Assembly: GCF_006345805.1 (NCBI RefSeq)
Contig: NC_043014.1
Location: 12,090,001 to 12,154,000, forward strand
Direction of reading: 5' to 3'
Length of the DNA: 64,000 bases
Source: Octopus sinensis
Taxonomy: Eukaryota
This document shows positions 39,608-53,725 of this stretch, piece by piece. Made by a program: the position numbers and the translations under genes. The notes below the pieces were generated by a model, which ran no database searches, was not told the DNA's origin, and saw only the letters and a list, made by a program, of their open reading frames with translations. Position 1 is the stretch's first letter, and each line of letters starts with the position of its first letter.

Positions 39608-39765
39608 GCCTCCTTCAGCTTCCGCCTACCAAATCCACTCACAAGGATTTGGTCAGCCCGTGACTATGGTAGAAGACATTTGCCCAAGGTTCCACGCAGT
39701 GGGACTGAACCCCGAACAATGTGGTTGGGAAGCAAACTTCTTACCACACAGCCACATTTGTGCCT
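39325..39765 (-). mobile_element. SINE family A
   Basis: Full-length reverse copy. Confidence 0.88.
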
Positions 39766-40497
39766 ATATAATGACAATTTTCTGACATATTTTCTCTTCT
39801 TCGCAGCTAGTTCAAGACCCTTGGGTATGGGGTGAACCCTGTCGCCAACATACCCTCTAACGACTGTCCCTACTGGAAGGCATATAGCCTCACACCCATA
39901 AGTGTACTCTATCAGAGGTGACCTGGATCTAAGCTACAACAATACCAACATTAACAAAGCCGGCAAGTAATTGTTAATTAGATAGTTAACTGTTGAAAAT
40001 ATATGATTGGTTGATGAAAAGCAGATAACAGGGCAAAAACCTGTTTTAATTTATTTCAAAATTTATTTATGAATCCCGATAGCAACAAAAAAAGATGTAG
40101 AATCTCTGAAAATATGCCAAAAACCTGACAGAGTACAGGAGAACTTGTTGAAGATATCTGCGATGCCGACGGACAAATTACAACTTGAGTGGATTTGGCA
40201 CAACTCAAAGAACCAACGAAAAGCCAGTAATTACGCGAAGAAAATGTTTATCTTGTTTTCGTAAATGACGGGAACGGCGCTGCGTCGGATAGGTTTGAGG
40301 CAGCGATGGCGGTTGGACACGTATGCCGGCCTGCATGTGTGTGTCTATGTGAGTTTAAGTGTGTATGTGTGTATTTGTATCTATGAGTGCATATAATATA
40401 TACTATATATAATATATATATAGATCATATATATATATATATAATATATATTAATACACACACACACATATATATATATAATAATAGAATACATAAA

Positions 40498-40565
<68 letters not shown>

Positions 40566-40684
40566 TAATACATACATATATATATAATACATATATATAT
40601 ATATATAAAATACATATATATATATTGCATATATATATATATAAATATATTATATATATATAATACATATATATACACACATAA

Positions 40685-40715
<31 letters not shown>

Positions 40716-41945
40716 TGTATGTATGTATGTATGTATGTATGTATGTATGTATGTATGTATGGGAGAGATAGAAGCTGAGGGAGAAGGAGCGGACTTTACT
40801 GTTTATCCTGTTTGGGTTTAGAGTGAAAAGAAAAGAAAAAAAGGTGAGAAAGAGAAAGACAAGAAGATTACAAAAGAAGAGAAGAGGTAATGAGTCATAC
40901 AAGATGTTATTCTCCAACAAAATTCAATGGCTCCTACTTTTCTACTCGGGTTAATTCAACGAATTCGAATATTGCTTATCTATTTTACCCTTCCGGTAAG
41001 TCTTGTAGAGGTTTCGGCGATGACTTATTGTTTTTCTTGTTACTGGGCCTGTCGGTCAGTTCTGAGTGAGCAGATGTATAATTAAAGTTGTTCTAGTTAT
41101 GGTCACTATTCTCTGAAGCAATGACTGCATTGTTTTGTGTGTCCCATCCTTTGAAAGGTAACACGGTGTAATTTGAGGTAGATTTAGCTGTTTTTTCTTA
41201 CAGTAGAGAGAGAGAGAGAGATATTCCCTTGCCGATAAGTCGACAGTAAGCATTAGAACACTTCGACATCAGAACACTTCGACATGGACTCTATCGGTTG
41301 CATACAATACATCTAGGCGACACAATACAACAAATTGAGGAAGTTTTAAAGGTAATCATTGAACACCCTGTATAGTGTAGGGGAAAGGGTTAGTCTACCG
41401 ATACATATACTATTAATGTAGACAGACGCATTATGGAAACAGTGTGCCACAAGGCGGACGTTTTTTATTACTGGTACCGTCCATTTTATATCATACTGCA
41501 AATGGCTCAGATCGATGCAGAAAAAACATATCAAGGGTCCTCGTTTGCAAAACACCAGACTTTCGGCTTTCTAGTTGACTTTTATGTCCTTTGCCGATAT
41601 ATATTAGTGAAAGATAAACACACACACATCCAAATTCTCCCTCTCTTTTTATATCTGTTGATATATATATATATAAATGAATGTGTGTATTTTTCTCTTG
41701 TTTTCAATTAATACGGAAATGTCTTATTGATGAGTTTGATTTCTTTCTTTCTTCCCTGACGAGTAGATTACATTTTTTTTTAACATTCATTCCTTTGGAA
41801 TAATACCAATGTTGTCTTTGAAACATATGTCGCAAGTAAAAATTTGAATAACACCTGCGTTTAACTCCATTTCCATTTAAATATATATATATATATATAT
41901 CTATATATATAATATATATATATATATATTACATATATATATATA

Positions 41946-42213
41946 GGCGCAGGCGTGGCTGTGTGGTGAGAAGCTTGCTTCCCAGACACATGGCTCTGGG
42001 TTCAGTCCCACTGCGTGGCACCTTCGGCAAGTGTCTTCTACTGTAGCCTTGTGAGTGGATTTGGTGGAGGGAAACTGAAAGAAGCCTGTCGTATGTATAT
42101 GTATGTATTTATGTGTGGCTGTCTCTGTGTTTGTCCTCCACGCCCCACCATCGCTTGACAGTATCATGGCATGGCCGCTGTCAAATGACTGAAACAAGTA
42201 AAAGAATAAAAGA
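41946..42213 (+). mobile_element. SINE family A with internal deletions
   Basis: Head and tail present; part of the 3' module is missing. Confidence 0.85.
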
Positions 42214-42221
42214 TATGAGAG

Positions 42222-42532
42222 ATACCACCGTGATCACCGTGACCGACCAGGCTATCAGATGTTGCTACACATCGCTGGTTACAACGTGTTTCGCATTGTT
42301 TTAGCGGGGTGACGCCACCCCGCTGGCTAAGCGAGCATGCCAACAGAAGAAAGAGTGAGAGAAAGTTGTAGCGAAAGAGCACAGCAGGGATCGCCACCAC
42401 CCGCTGCCGGTGCCTCGTGGAACTTTAGGTGTTTTCGCTCAATAAACACTCACAACGCCCGGTCTGGGAATCGAAACCGCGGTTCTACAACCGCGAGTCC
42501 GCTACCCTAACCACTGGTTCATTGCGCCTCCA
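42222..42532 (-). mobile_element. SINE family C
   Basis: Reverse copy of the 9446-9725 type. Confidence 0.85.
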
Positions 42533-43211
42533 CATATGAGAGATATACAGACACATATATACGTGTGTGTGTATATGTGTGTGTATTTTATATATATATA
42601 TTATATATATATATATATATTATATATATTATATATAATACATACAACACATATAAAACTAGTACATATATTATATATACATATATATATCAGTGTGTTG
42701 TGTGTTATATATATGTGTGCGTGCACCATGACGGAATTTCGCTACCAATCATATTCTACCCATAAAGTATTGACCAATCGGCCCAACCGAACCTCTGTTT
42801 GAAAATTCTTTACCGAGGTATCGAGTTGTGAGATCGAACCTGCATTTGCAAATATAACTTAACCACACATCAATGTTTCTATCTTGATATATTCTAAGTT
42901 CAAACAAATGTCAACACTTGATTCCATCAACATTGTTGTTCTTTTATAATTGTATATTTGCGTGGCATTTGCAAGAAACCCTTGGTCAAAACTAGTTCAT
43001 CATCTATCAGTATTTGACCATTTTTTAAGTCGTGGATATATTAAAAGAGAACCGAACTAGGCAAAACTTAATTTCCATTTCAGATTTATGCTATGCAGTC
43101 GTGGCTGTGTTAAGAAGTTCGCTTCCTAGCCGTTCAGTGCCTTCTACTTTAGCCTCGGGCCGACCTATGCCCTGTCGATGGACTTGACGGAAACTGAAGG
43201 AAGGCCGTCCA

Positions 43212-43254
<43 letters not shown>

Positions 43255-43616
43255 GTGAGACTGTGTGTATGACTGTATGTGTGTGTGTTGTGTGTGTGTG
43301 TGTGTGTGTTGTGTGTGTGTGTGTTTTCTGTCTGTTTGTCCCCACTGCCGCAGCTTGACAACAGATGTTGGTATGTTTACATCTTCTTAACTAAGTGGTT
43401 CGGCAAAAGAAAGCGATAGAATAAGTATCAGGTTTGGGAAAAAAAGTACTAGGATCGATTCGTTCGACTACAATACTTCAAGGCGCTGACCTCAGCATGA
43501 CCGAAACAAGTAAAAGATAAAAAATAAAGCTTACTCTTTGATATCACGTTAAAGGCGTAGAATAAAATCACAACTTCAACCCGATATGAAATGTTTAATA
43601 GGGGCCCGTTGGACTG

Positions 43617-44394
43617 CAGGGCACGAACTCGTGTTTCTGATATTATATTTGGATCTATGACAAAGCTCGTGCTGTTGTTTGGGAGTTTCGAAAACCTACA
43701 TTAGCTCTGGAGTTACAGTAGAAGGAGCTGACACGCCTTGAGTGTTGCTTCACGGCCTGATGAGAGGTCGACTCCTGCATTCGGATACAGAGTACGACAG
43801 AACCCTCAGCATAAAAGTGTTCACCCTAAATTACTAACAAATTGACTCTCCTAAAAGACGATATCTTCCAATAGACGGGCACGAACTCGTGCTTCTGACA
43901 TTATATTTGAATCCATGACAAAGCTCGTGCTGTTGTTTGGGAGTTTCGAAAACCTACATTAGCTCTGGAGTTGCAGTAGAAGGGACCGACACACCTTGAG
44001 AGTTTCTTCACCGCCTGATGAGGGGTCGACTCCTGCATTCGGATACCGAGCAAGACAGACCCTCAGCAGAAAAGTGTTCACCCTAAAACACTAACAAATT
44101 GACTCTCCTAAAAGACGATATCTTCCAATAGACGGGCACGAACTCGTGCTTCTGACATTATATTTGAATCCATGACAAAGCTCGTGCTGTTGTTTGGGAG
44201 TTTCGAAAACCTACATTAGCTCTGGAGTTGCAGTAGAAGGGGCCGACACACCTTGAGTGTTGCTTCACCGCCTGATGAGAGGTCGACTCCTGCATTCGGA
44301 TACAGAGTACGACAGAACCCTCGGCAGAAAATTGTTCACCCTAAAACACTAACAAATTGTCTCTCCTAAAAGACGACATCTTCCAAAAAGACGG
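43617..44394. repeat. Tandem repeat, 3 units of 257-259 bp
   Basis: GCACGAACTCGTG anchors at 43621, 43879 and 44136. The units differ by scattered substitutions. Confidence 0.95.
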
Positions 44395-45744
44395 TCTCAC
44401 ATCAAAAACCTTGTGAAACAAATACAAATAGAGAATACATGAAACACACAACCAGTGCACTTGGCATTTTCCCACTCTTCTACATCCCTAACACCCACGA
44501 AGCTTTCTTGTTCCTATCTGTAGCGATTAAACTTTGTTTACCTTATTCATATTGCTTCAAAATCACTACATTAACATGTCTCAACCACCACAACCGACCC
44601 AGAAGTTAACCATGCGTGAGAGCGCGGATAACCTGATGGAACTTTAATGAAACATTATTTACAGTAAAGTGCAATAAGCTGGTGTCGCTTCTTCGTAGTT
44701 TCGTCTCTTTCATTGGGCGGCCATTATATTTTCCGTATTGTGAATTCCATGCTTGAATTGTATATTAAATATTAAGAAACCATAAAACAGTTGTATACAC
44801 AAAACTATAGATTTTAATTAGATCCACAACTGAATGTGGCTTTGCTTTTTTGGCGCCATAGTTCTACGAATACGAAACACACACACATACACACATACAC
44901 ACACATACACACATACACACCACATACACAAGCATATATATCTACGATGTTATATAATGTATATATATATATGTATGTTACATAATATATGTATATATAT
45001 ATGCATATATATGTATAGCATATATATATATATATGCATATATATACATATATATAGGCAATATATATAATATATATTAGCATAATATATATATACATAG
45101 ATATATATATATAGATATATATATATATATATATATATAGATATATATATTAGATATATATATATATATATATATATAAGATAATATATATATATGACTA
45201 TATAAAGATTATATATATAATATATATACATATATATACATATATATATATATATAATATATATAATATATATATATATATCTATATATATATATATTTT
45301 ATATACACATACATATACATGTGTTTGTGTGTGTTTCTATTATTTTTACTTTATTATATGTATATTTTTTTCTTTGTTGGGGATGGGTTGTCTGTCTTCT
45401 CAGATCATTTATATTCCGAGAATAAAGAGAAAGTTTCTGTTGTAAAGATGACTAAAGGACATTATGGAAGGACAATTTTTGGAAATTAAACGTTTAGCAG
45501 AAATCTACGCCTGGATTATTTGTTTACCTATAATAACCACACAACAGCTGTGTATACAAACTGAAGAATTCTATTGGTTCCCATTGTGAACTCTCCTTTT
45601 TGGCGCCACAGATTCCTGTTTTAGTTCTTTAGTTCGTTTAAAAGAACACAATTTAGACAAGTCAAGCTAGAGTAATAATTTCTTTTCCTTTTATTTTATT
45701 TTATTTTATTTATTTTATTTTTTTTTTTTTGCTTCTCTGGTATA

Positions 45745-46154
45745 CTCTCTTTACTCTTTTACTTGTTTCAGTTATTTGACTGCGGCCATGCTGGAGCACC
45801 GCCTTTAGTCGAGCAACTCGACCCCGGGACTTATTCTTTTTGTAAGCCCAGTACTTATTCTATCGGTCTCTTTTGCCGAAGAACCGCTAAGTGACGGGGA
45901 CGTAAACACACCAGCATCGGTTGTCAAGCAATGCTAGGGGGACAAACACAAACACAAATACACACACACACATATATATATACATATATACGACAGGCTT
46001 CTTTCCGTTTCCGTCTACCAAATCCACTCACAAGGCATTGGTCGGCCCGGGGCTATAGTAGAAGACACTTGCCCAAGATGCCACGCAGTGGGACTGAACC
46101 CGGAACCATGTGGTTCGTTAGCAAGCTACTTACCACACAGCCACTCCTGCGCCT
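45745..46154 (-). mobile_element. Young SINE family A insertion with TSD
   Basis: TSD (T)nGCTTCTCTGGTATA at 45731-45744 and 46180-46193. Confidence 0.92.
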
Positions 46155-46339
46155 ATTTTTTTTTTTTTTTTTTTTTTTTGCTTCTCTGGTATAATATTTT
46201 ATTTCTAACTACCGCTCGTTTTATTATCGAATTTCGAAGTATTGAATAAAATTTAAATATCTTATTTGAAAGAATAAAGGAAGCAGGACTGATAATTAGA
46301 AACATTTTTAACGTGATTATTAAATAGAATTATTTTTCT

Positions 46340-46990
46340 CCTCGAGCTCTGGGGTCCTCTGCTTTCATGGCATGTTAGTGACCGAGATCACAACTAAACG
46401 CCGTTCCGTTGCATGGTTCAAGGGCTATAATTCTGAGAGGAGGAAACAGGTCGACTATATGGACTCCAGTATTAGACTGGGACTTTATTTTATCAACCCT
46501 CAAGAGGTTAAAGCAAAGTTGACCTCAGCCGGGTTTAAACTCAGAACGTAAAAAAAAAATCCGAAGAAATACCTATTTCTTTACTACCCACAAGGGGCTA
46601 AAAACAGAGGGGACAAACAAGGACAGACACACGGATTAAGTCTATTATATCGACCTCAGTGCGTAACTGGTACTTATTTAATCGACCCCGAAAGGATGAA
46701 AGGCAAAGTCGACCCCGGTGGAATTTGAACTCAGAACGTAACATCAGACGAAATACCTATTTCTTTACTACCCACAAGGAGCTAAACACAGAGGGGGCAA
46801 ACAAGGACAGACAAACGGATTAAGCCGATTACATCGACCCCAGTGCGAAACTGGTACTTAATTTATCGACCCCGAAAGGATGAAAGACAAAGTCGGCCTC
46901 GGCGGAATTTGAATTCTGAACGTAGCGACAGAAGAAATACCGCTAAGCATTTTGAGCGCCGACAAGTTAACGAATCTGTCAGCTCGCTAC
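46340..46990 (-). mobile_element. SINE family B trimeric array (old head, two young units, old body with V-like tail)
   Basis: Junctions at ~46572 and ~46756. The flanking parts are visibly more diverged than the inner units. Confidence 0.88.
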
Positions 46991-47945
46991 CATAAGTTCT
47001 TTCTACAAGAAAAGAAACACAAGACTTGATATTTAGTTAGGGGACGAGCAAGTCGATTTGATCAACCCCAGTGCTTTATGTTAAGGGAGCTTGAAGGGAT
47101 GATGAGTAAAGTGGGCCTCGGTGGGGTTTGAAGTTAGAACGTAAAAGACCGAGAGAGATACCGCTAAATATTTTGTTCCACGTGCTAACGAATCTGCTTG
47201 CTTGTGATTTAATTAATTAGAATTAAGAAAATATTTTTTAAAGAATATATTGATTTTAGATTGGGCTTACCAAGCTCGGGGATAAACTAATTACACCAGT
47301 GCTTAACCGGGGAAATATATTATTGAACACGAAAGGATGAAAGCCGAAGACGATGCCGGTTGAACTCAGAACATAAAGACAGACAAAATACAACTGAACA
47401 CTTTGCTCAGCGTGCTAACAATTCAGCCAACTCATCCAGCCTTATCAATTACATTTAAGAAAATACATTTTGAAAAAATATAATTTTTAATAATATATTA
47501 TTCAAAGACAACTACAAAATCTACTTACAAGGAAATTAACTGAAATTATAAAAGCAACTCACCTTCAAAATTTTCCAAAATTGCTCCTTCGTTGAAGAAA
47601 GATCCATGGAATGCAGATAGAAAAGATAATATAAGGGATTCTTTTATTATATTCGTTCTCAGAGATGATTTGGTCGTACATTTTCTGGTTGGTTCAAGAT
47701 TTGAGAAAATAAGAGATGGGGGAGAGAAAAGATGGCGAAAGAGGTGGAAAGAAAAAAGGAAGGACATTGCCAATCGGAAACCTATCCATCTATCTATCTG
47801 TCTGTATATCTACCTATCTATCAATCTATCTATCTATGTGTCAACTATTTATCTGTCTGTCTGTCTGTCACTCTCTCTCTCTCCCTCTCTCTCTCTCTCA
47901 CTCTTCCTTTCTATATATATATATGTACGTACGTATGTATGTATG

Positions 47946-47976
<31 letters not shown>

Positions 47977-48886
47977 TATGTATGTATGTATGTATGCATA
48001 TATACATATGTGTATGTGTGAGTGTATATGCATGTATGCATTATGTATAATGTATGTACGTATGTATGTATGTATGTATGTATGCATATATACGTATGTG
48101 TATGTGTGTGTATATGCATGTATGTATGTATGTATTATGAATGTATGTATGTATGTATGTATGTATGTATGTATTATGTATGAATGTATGTATGTATGCA
48201 TATATACATATGTGTATGTGTGTGTATATATGCATGTATATATGTGTGTATATGCATGTATGTATGTATGTATGTATGTATGCATATATACATATGTGTA
48301 TGTGTGTATATGCATGTATGTATGTATATGCATGTATGTATGTGTGTGTATATGCATGTATGTATGTATGTATGTATGTATTGGTAGACTTGAAAACGTC
48401 GTAAGTGGTGGACCCTTTTCTTTCTCTTTTACTTGTTTCAGTCATTTGACTGCGGCCATGCTGGAGCACCGCCTTTAGTCGAGCAAATCGACCCCAGGAC
48501 TTATTCTTTGTAAGCCTAGTACTTATTCTATCGGTCTATTTTGCTGAACCGCTATGTTACGGGGATGTAAACACACTGGAATCGGTTGTCAAGTGATATT
48601 GGGAACAAACACAGACAAAAAACATACATACATAGAAATATATATATATATATAATATTATATATATATATTTATATATATAAGCACATACATATAGCTA
48701 CACATACATATATATATATATACATATATGTATATCTCTGTATATCTACCTGTTTGTCTATGTGTATTGTGTATTTGTATAGGTGTTTGTGTACAATGTG
48801 TAAATCTTGTATGTGTATATGTGTGTATATCTTTGTGCGCTTTTACAAATACACACACATGCACACATACAGATATATATATTATA

Positions 48887-48944
<58 letters not shown>

Positions 48945-49157
48945 ATATAATATATAAAAATACACATTAAGTAAAACATCAACAACGAGTGAAAAATACG
49001 TAAACACACGAGAGATAATTACAGGACAAATGTGTGTATATATATATATATAATATATACGTACATTCTATATATATATACCTATATATATACATACATA
49101 TATACATACATATATATCTACAACATACATATATATATCCATATATATATATATATA

Positions 49158-49207
<50 letters not shown>

Positions 49208-49790
49208 TATCTATATATATATATATATATGTATTACATATACATAATGTCTGTATGTATGTGTATACATGAATGCAAAATCGTACATACTCATACACGC
49301 AGAGAAAGTGAGAAACTCAAACGCAAAGAAATAGATATATATATATAGATAGATAGATAGATAGATAGATAGAGAACAGAAAATAGGTGGCCGTAGGTTA
49401 AAGAAGCTCGCTTTCCAACCACAAATTTCAGGATCGATCCCAATGCACTGTAACTTGGGCAAGTATCTTACAGTATCGCCTCAGGCCAACCAATGCCTTG
49501 TGTGTCAATTTGCTGAACCGAAACTGTATTTATATAAATATATATATTCATATAAAGCCTGTCGTTTATAGAAATATATATGCACATTCTTATATTCTTT
49601 TATTAGTTACAGCCATTCGACTGCGGCCGTTCTAAGCGTAGTATTTATTCTATCGGTGTCTTTTGCCGAACTGCTAAGCTACTGCGATGAGGAATCAGTT
49701 TCTGACTGAAGAACGAAGGATTTGAATGACCCGTTGTCTTTATGTTCGTCCCTTCGTGTTTTTCACGTTATTATTTATGTAAAGGTTTAT

Positions 49791-49826
<36 letters not shown>

Positions 49827-50236
49827 TAATATATATATACACGCACACACAAACAACCGGCTTCTTTCAGTTTCTATCTACTGTAGCCCGAAGCTATATT
49901 AGAAGATACTCGCCCGAGGTACCACGCAGTGGAACTGAACCCGGAATTATGTCTTTAGGAAGCAGGATTCTTACCATATGAAACAGCCTAGAGTGTGTGT
50001 ATATACGTACATTTATGATCCTACATATGTTAATGTGTGTGCATATGTACTATATACGTATGTATGTGCATATGTCTAGCTATATTAATAAACATATATG
50101 TAGTTATCTATATATATCTATCTACATATGCATATATATTTTTATGTATATGCGTTTTGTCTTTAAGTGCGTGTAAGTGTATAAATAAATACACAAAAAT
50201 CTTAATCCACTCAAATACACTTTCTCAAATATCTGC

Positions 50237-50292
<56 letters not shown>

Positions 50293-50553
50293 AATATATA
50301 TATATATATATTAAGGTTGTAGAAAAATACAACATGACAGAAGATAACTCTTAGAGACGACACATAAACATGGACAGGACATTCGAACCCCTCAGTCTTC
50401 AGTCAAGAACCGGATCATGTAGTATTTCGGCTGATTAATCTTGAGATTACTAGATCACGGCCAGCCCTCCAAGAAAACTAAGCAACGAGCATTAGAAAAC
50501 TAAGTGGAAGATATACATACATAATATTTAAACTTGCGTTTAAATATACGCAT

Positions 50554-50612
<59 letters not shown>

Positions 50613-50818
50613 GGCAAAAAAGATTAGAAAATTTCTTTGCTACCAGTGGCCTAGTGTGTAGAAAAAAACCAGTCAATAGACTATATATTATTTATATAAA
50701 AATACAGTGTACATTTAAACACATAAGAGATGGCCATAACGGGACAGTTGACCCGCTAGAAGGAGTAGTTAAACTCCAAACCACTTTTAGGGGTAATTTC
50801 GAAAGGGGATGAATAATA

Positions 50819-50906
50819 AAAACGTTTACCCTCTATTTCCTGTACCATTGTTTCTTGCTGAAGATAGCTTGAAACCACGGTACAGGAAATAGAGGGTAAA
50901 TGTTTT
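50819..50906. repeat. Foldback element with a minimal hammerhead-like centre (50851-50889, +)
   Basis: 28-bp inverted arms. Centre reads TTTCTTG-CTGAAGA-TAGCTT-GAAA-CCACGG-TA-CAGGAAA. Confidence 0.75.
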
Positions 50907-51148
50907 AATTTTTTTAAAATTACAAATATAATTTAATAATTTTTATTTTAAATTTAAATAATTTAAATTTTTCAATTTATATTTTATATATTTTCTATAT
51001 TATATTTTTATTTTTGTTTCATGGTTTTTTTATGGTTTTTCATTGGTTCATTTGCCTATTAGGGGTTTTATCTCTAATTTAATTTATACACATATATATA
51101 TATATTTGTATACATTTGTATATATGCGGCACACACACACACACACGC

Positions 51149-51244
<96 letters not shown>

Positions 51245-52046
51245 CATATATATATAGTGTGTGCATTATGTGGTCGGTCGGTTCAGCTGAAAATATGCAC
51301 ACCTATGTTTAAAAGTGCTGGCAAATTTGCATGACAACTATTTTTTCCTCAAATGAAAGACAAAATTCTCATCTTATAAAATGTGGCCCCAGTAGACCCA
51401 AATGAATCGGGTTATATTAACCAAAATGTGAAAAGGGGTCTAAATGGGGCTGGAAGGGGATTAAAATTTAATGGAGGCGAGTATTTAGGAATTCTTGTTA
51501 ACATCAAGCTAAAAAATTTCGCCAGCCTTTTAATCGTCATGTGTTGCCGTCCATGATGAAGAAGTTTTGAATGCTTGCCATGGTGAGCCTACTGTCGTGA
51601 GAATGAATCACTTCAAAACTTGGTGTTTACGAATTTTCTTTTACATCAAGTTCAAAATTTTTACGCCAGCTGTTAAACTGTCAATACGTTGCTGTCCGTC
51701 GTTAAGAAATGCCAGCCATGGTGACTCTACTATCCTCAGATTCTATCCCTTCAAACGTTGGTTTCCAATATTTTATTATTTTTATTCAGCTCGCAAGTTC
51801 GTCTGTCCCTTTTAAATGCTAGCGTTTTGCTGGTCTGCCTGAAGCAGACCTTTCCGTTGCCACTGCCTGATATTATGATTGATCTTCTAAATATTTTATT
51901 TCTCAACTTACTCAAGATCTTTTGTGTTTTATAATGGGAGAGAGATAGATAAGATAGAGAGTAGAAGAAAGCGAGGAGAGAGAGAAGAAAAGAAAAGTAA
52001 GAGAGTGGGGAAAGTGAGAGAGAAAGGAGAGAGAAACAAAGAGGGA

Positions 52047-52360
52047 GAATCATCATCATCATCATCGTTAACGTCCGTTTTCCGTGCTAGCACGGGTTGG
52101 ACAGTTTTGACCGGGGTCTGGGAAGCAGGAGGCTGCACCAGGCTCCAGTCTGATCTGGCAGTGTTTCTACAGGTGGATGACCTTCCTAACGCCAACACTC
52201 TGTGAGTGTAGTGGGTGCTATTTTCGGCCCCCGGCACAGTGCCAGGGGGACTCGCAGCGGCAAACGATCGGTGGTGCTTTTTCAGTGCCACTGGCACAGA
52301 AGCCAGTCAAGGCGGCGCTGCAATCGGCCACGTTCGTGAGGGTAGGGTGCTTTTTAGGTG
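52047..52360 (-). mobile_element. SINE/RTE-related repeat with (GAT)n tail
   Basis: Minus strand has GTTGGCGTTAGGAAGGTCATCC and ends AAAACGGACGTTAACGATGATGATG. Confidence 0.7.
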
Positions 52361-53089
52361 CTGAAAGGAAGCAACAGAAAGTAACAAACCACACTCTTAC
52401 CCGCGCGTAGAGCGGGTCACCTTCAGCTAGTATATATATAACATAATATAATATAATATAATATAATATAATATAATAAATATAATATAATATAATAAAT
52501 AAAATGATATATATATATAATATAATCTTAATATGATATATATAATATATATATATATATATATAATAAAATATAATATAATATATATAATATAATATAA
52601 TATGATATATATAAAATAATATAATATGATATATATAATATATATATGATATATATATAATAAAATATATATAATATAGATATAATATAATATAATATAT
52701 TATATAATATAAATGATATAGTATAATATATATATGATATATATATAAATTAATAAAATATAATATAATATATATAATTATATAATATGATATATATAAT
52801 ATAATATAATATGATATATAATATAATATAATATAATATGATATTATATAATATAATATATAATAATATAATATGATATATATGATATAATATAATATAT
52901 ATTATATATAATATAATAATATATATAATATAATATGATATAATATAATATATATACATATTGCTCCCAACTTTGACCCTCCATAAATCCTAAATTTTAT
53001 TTTAGAATTAAAGGAAGCAACTGTCTTTGAAGATTCATATTGTCGTTGAATGCTCGAAATAAGGAGTAGATAGACAGCAAAACACTTTA

Positions 53090-53320
53090 TTTAACGTTGC
53101 TCTAGTTCACTCAGCTGGCAAAAATGAGTAGTACCTGTATTGCAAAGGGCCTGCGTTGACACGTTGTGTGTCACGCTGAATCTCCCTGATAACTACGTTA
53201 AGGGTACACGTATCTGTGGAATGCTCAGTCACTTGCTCGTTAATTTCACGAGCAAGCTGTTCCGTTGGTCAGATCAACTGGGATCCTCGTCGTCGTAACC
53301 GACGGAGTGCTCCTTTGACA
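53090..53320 (+). mobile_element. Headless SINE with D-type middle and a further tail type
   Basis: ACGTTGCTCTAGTTCACTCAGCTGGCAAAAATGAGTA is shared with 19075, then the sequence diverges. Confidence 0.65.
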
Positions 53321-53322
53321 TA

Positions 53323-53725
53323 TCTTTATATATAAAAGTGAGGTTGTGTGTCTGTCTCCTATGATTTAGATTCCTAACTACTCCCACATTTTGTGGTGCA
53401 GTTTAACCAAAACCGGGTATCTTATAGTCGTGATTCATATCGAGCCCTTCAGGGTACTAGCGCGCGTCTACGATGAGTCTACGATTCTAAAAAAAATTTA
53501 CCATCATTTTTTTCCATTTTAATGCATTTTTTTTCGTTATTATATCAGGGAAGTAACTCTCTAAAAATGTCTACGATGAGTCAACGATTTTTAAAAAAAT
53601 TTACCATCATTTTTTTTTTTCTATTTTTAATGCATTTTTTTGCTATTTTTTGGCTATAACTCTCTAAAAATGCTTATATAATTATTTCCCTTACAAACCC
53701 GAGCAACGCTGGGCTATACTGCTAG
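53323..53725 (+). mobile_element. Non-autonomous Helitron (second copy)
   Basis: A|TC...cccgagcaacgctggg...CTAG|T, colinear with 4893-5283. Confidence 0.88.

Noticed and set aside
39800-39970. Plus-strand exon-like segment and GGGTATG/CATACCC hairpin as an HDV-like ribozyme
   Set aside because: All frames contain stops; there is no P1.1 GG or P4/J4-2 arrangement.
43617-44394. CRISPR array or canonical hammerhead in the 257-bp repeat
   Set aside because: The whole unit repeats with no unique spacers and the context is eukaryotic. CTGATGA is not followed by a stem II-GAAA geometry.
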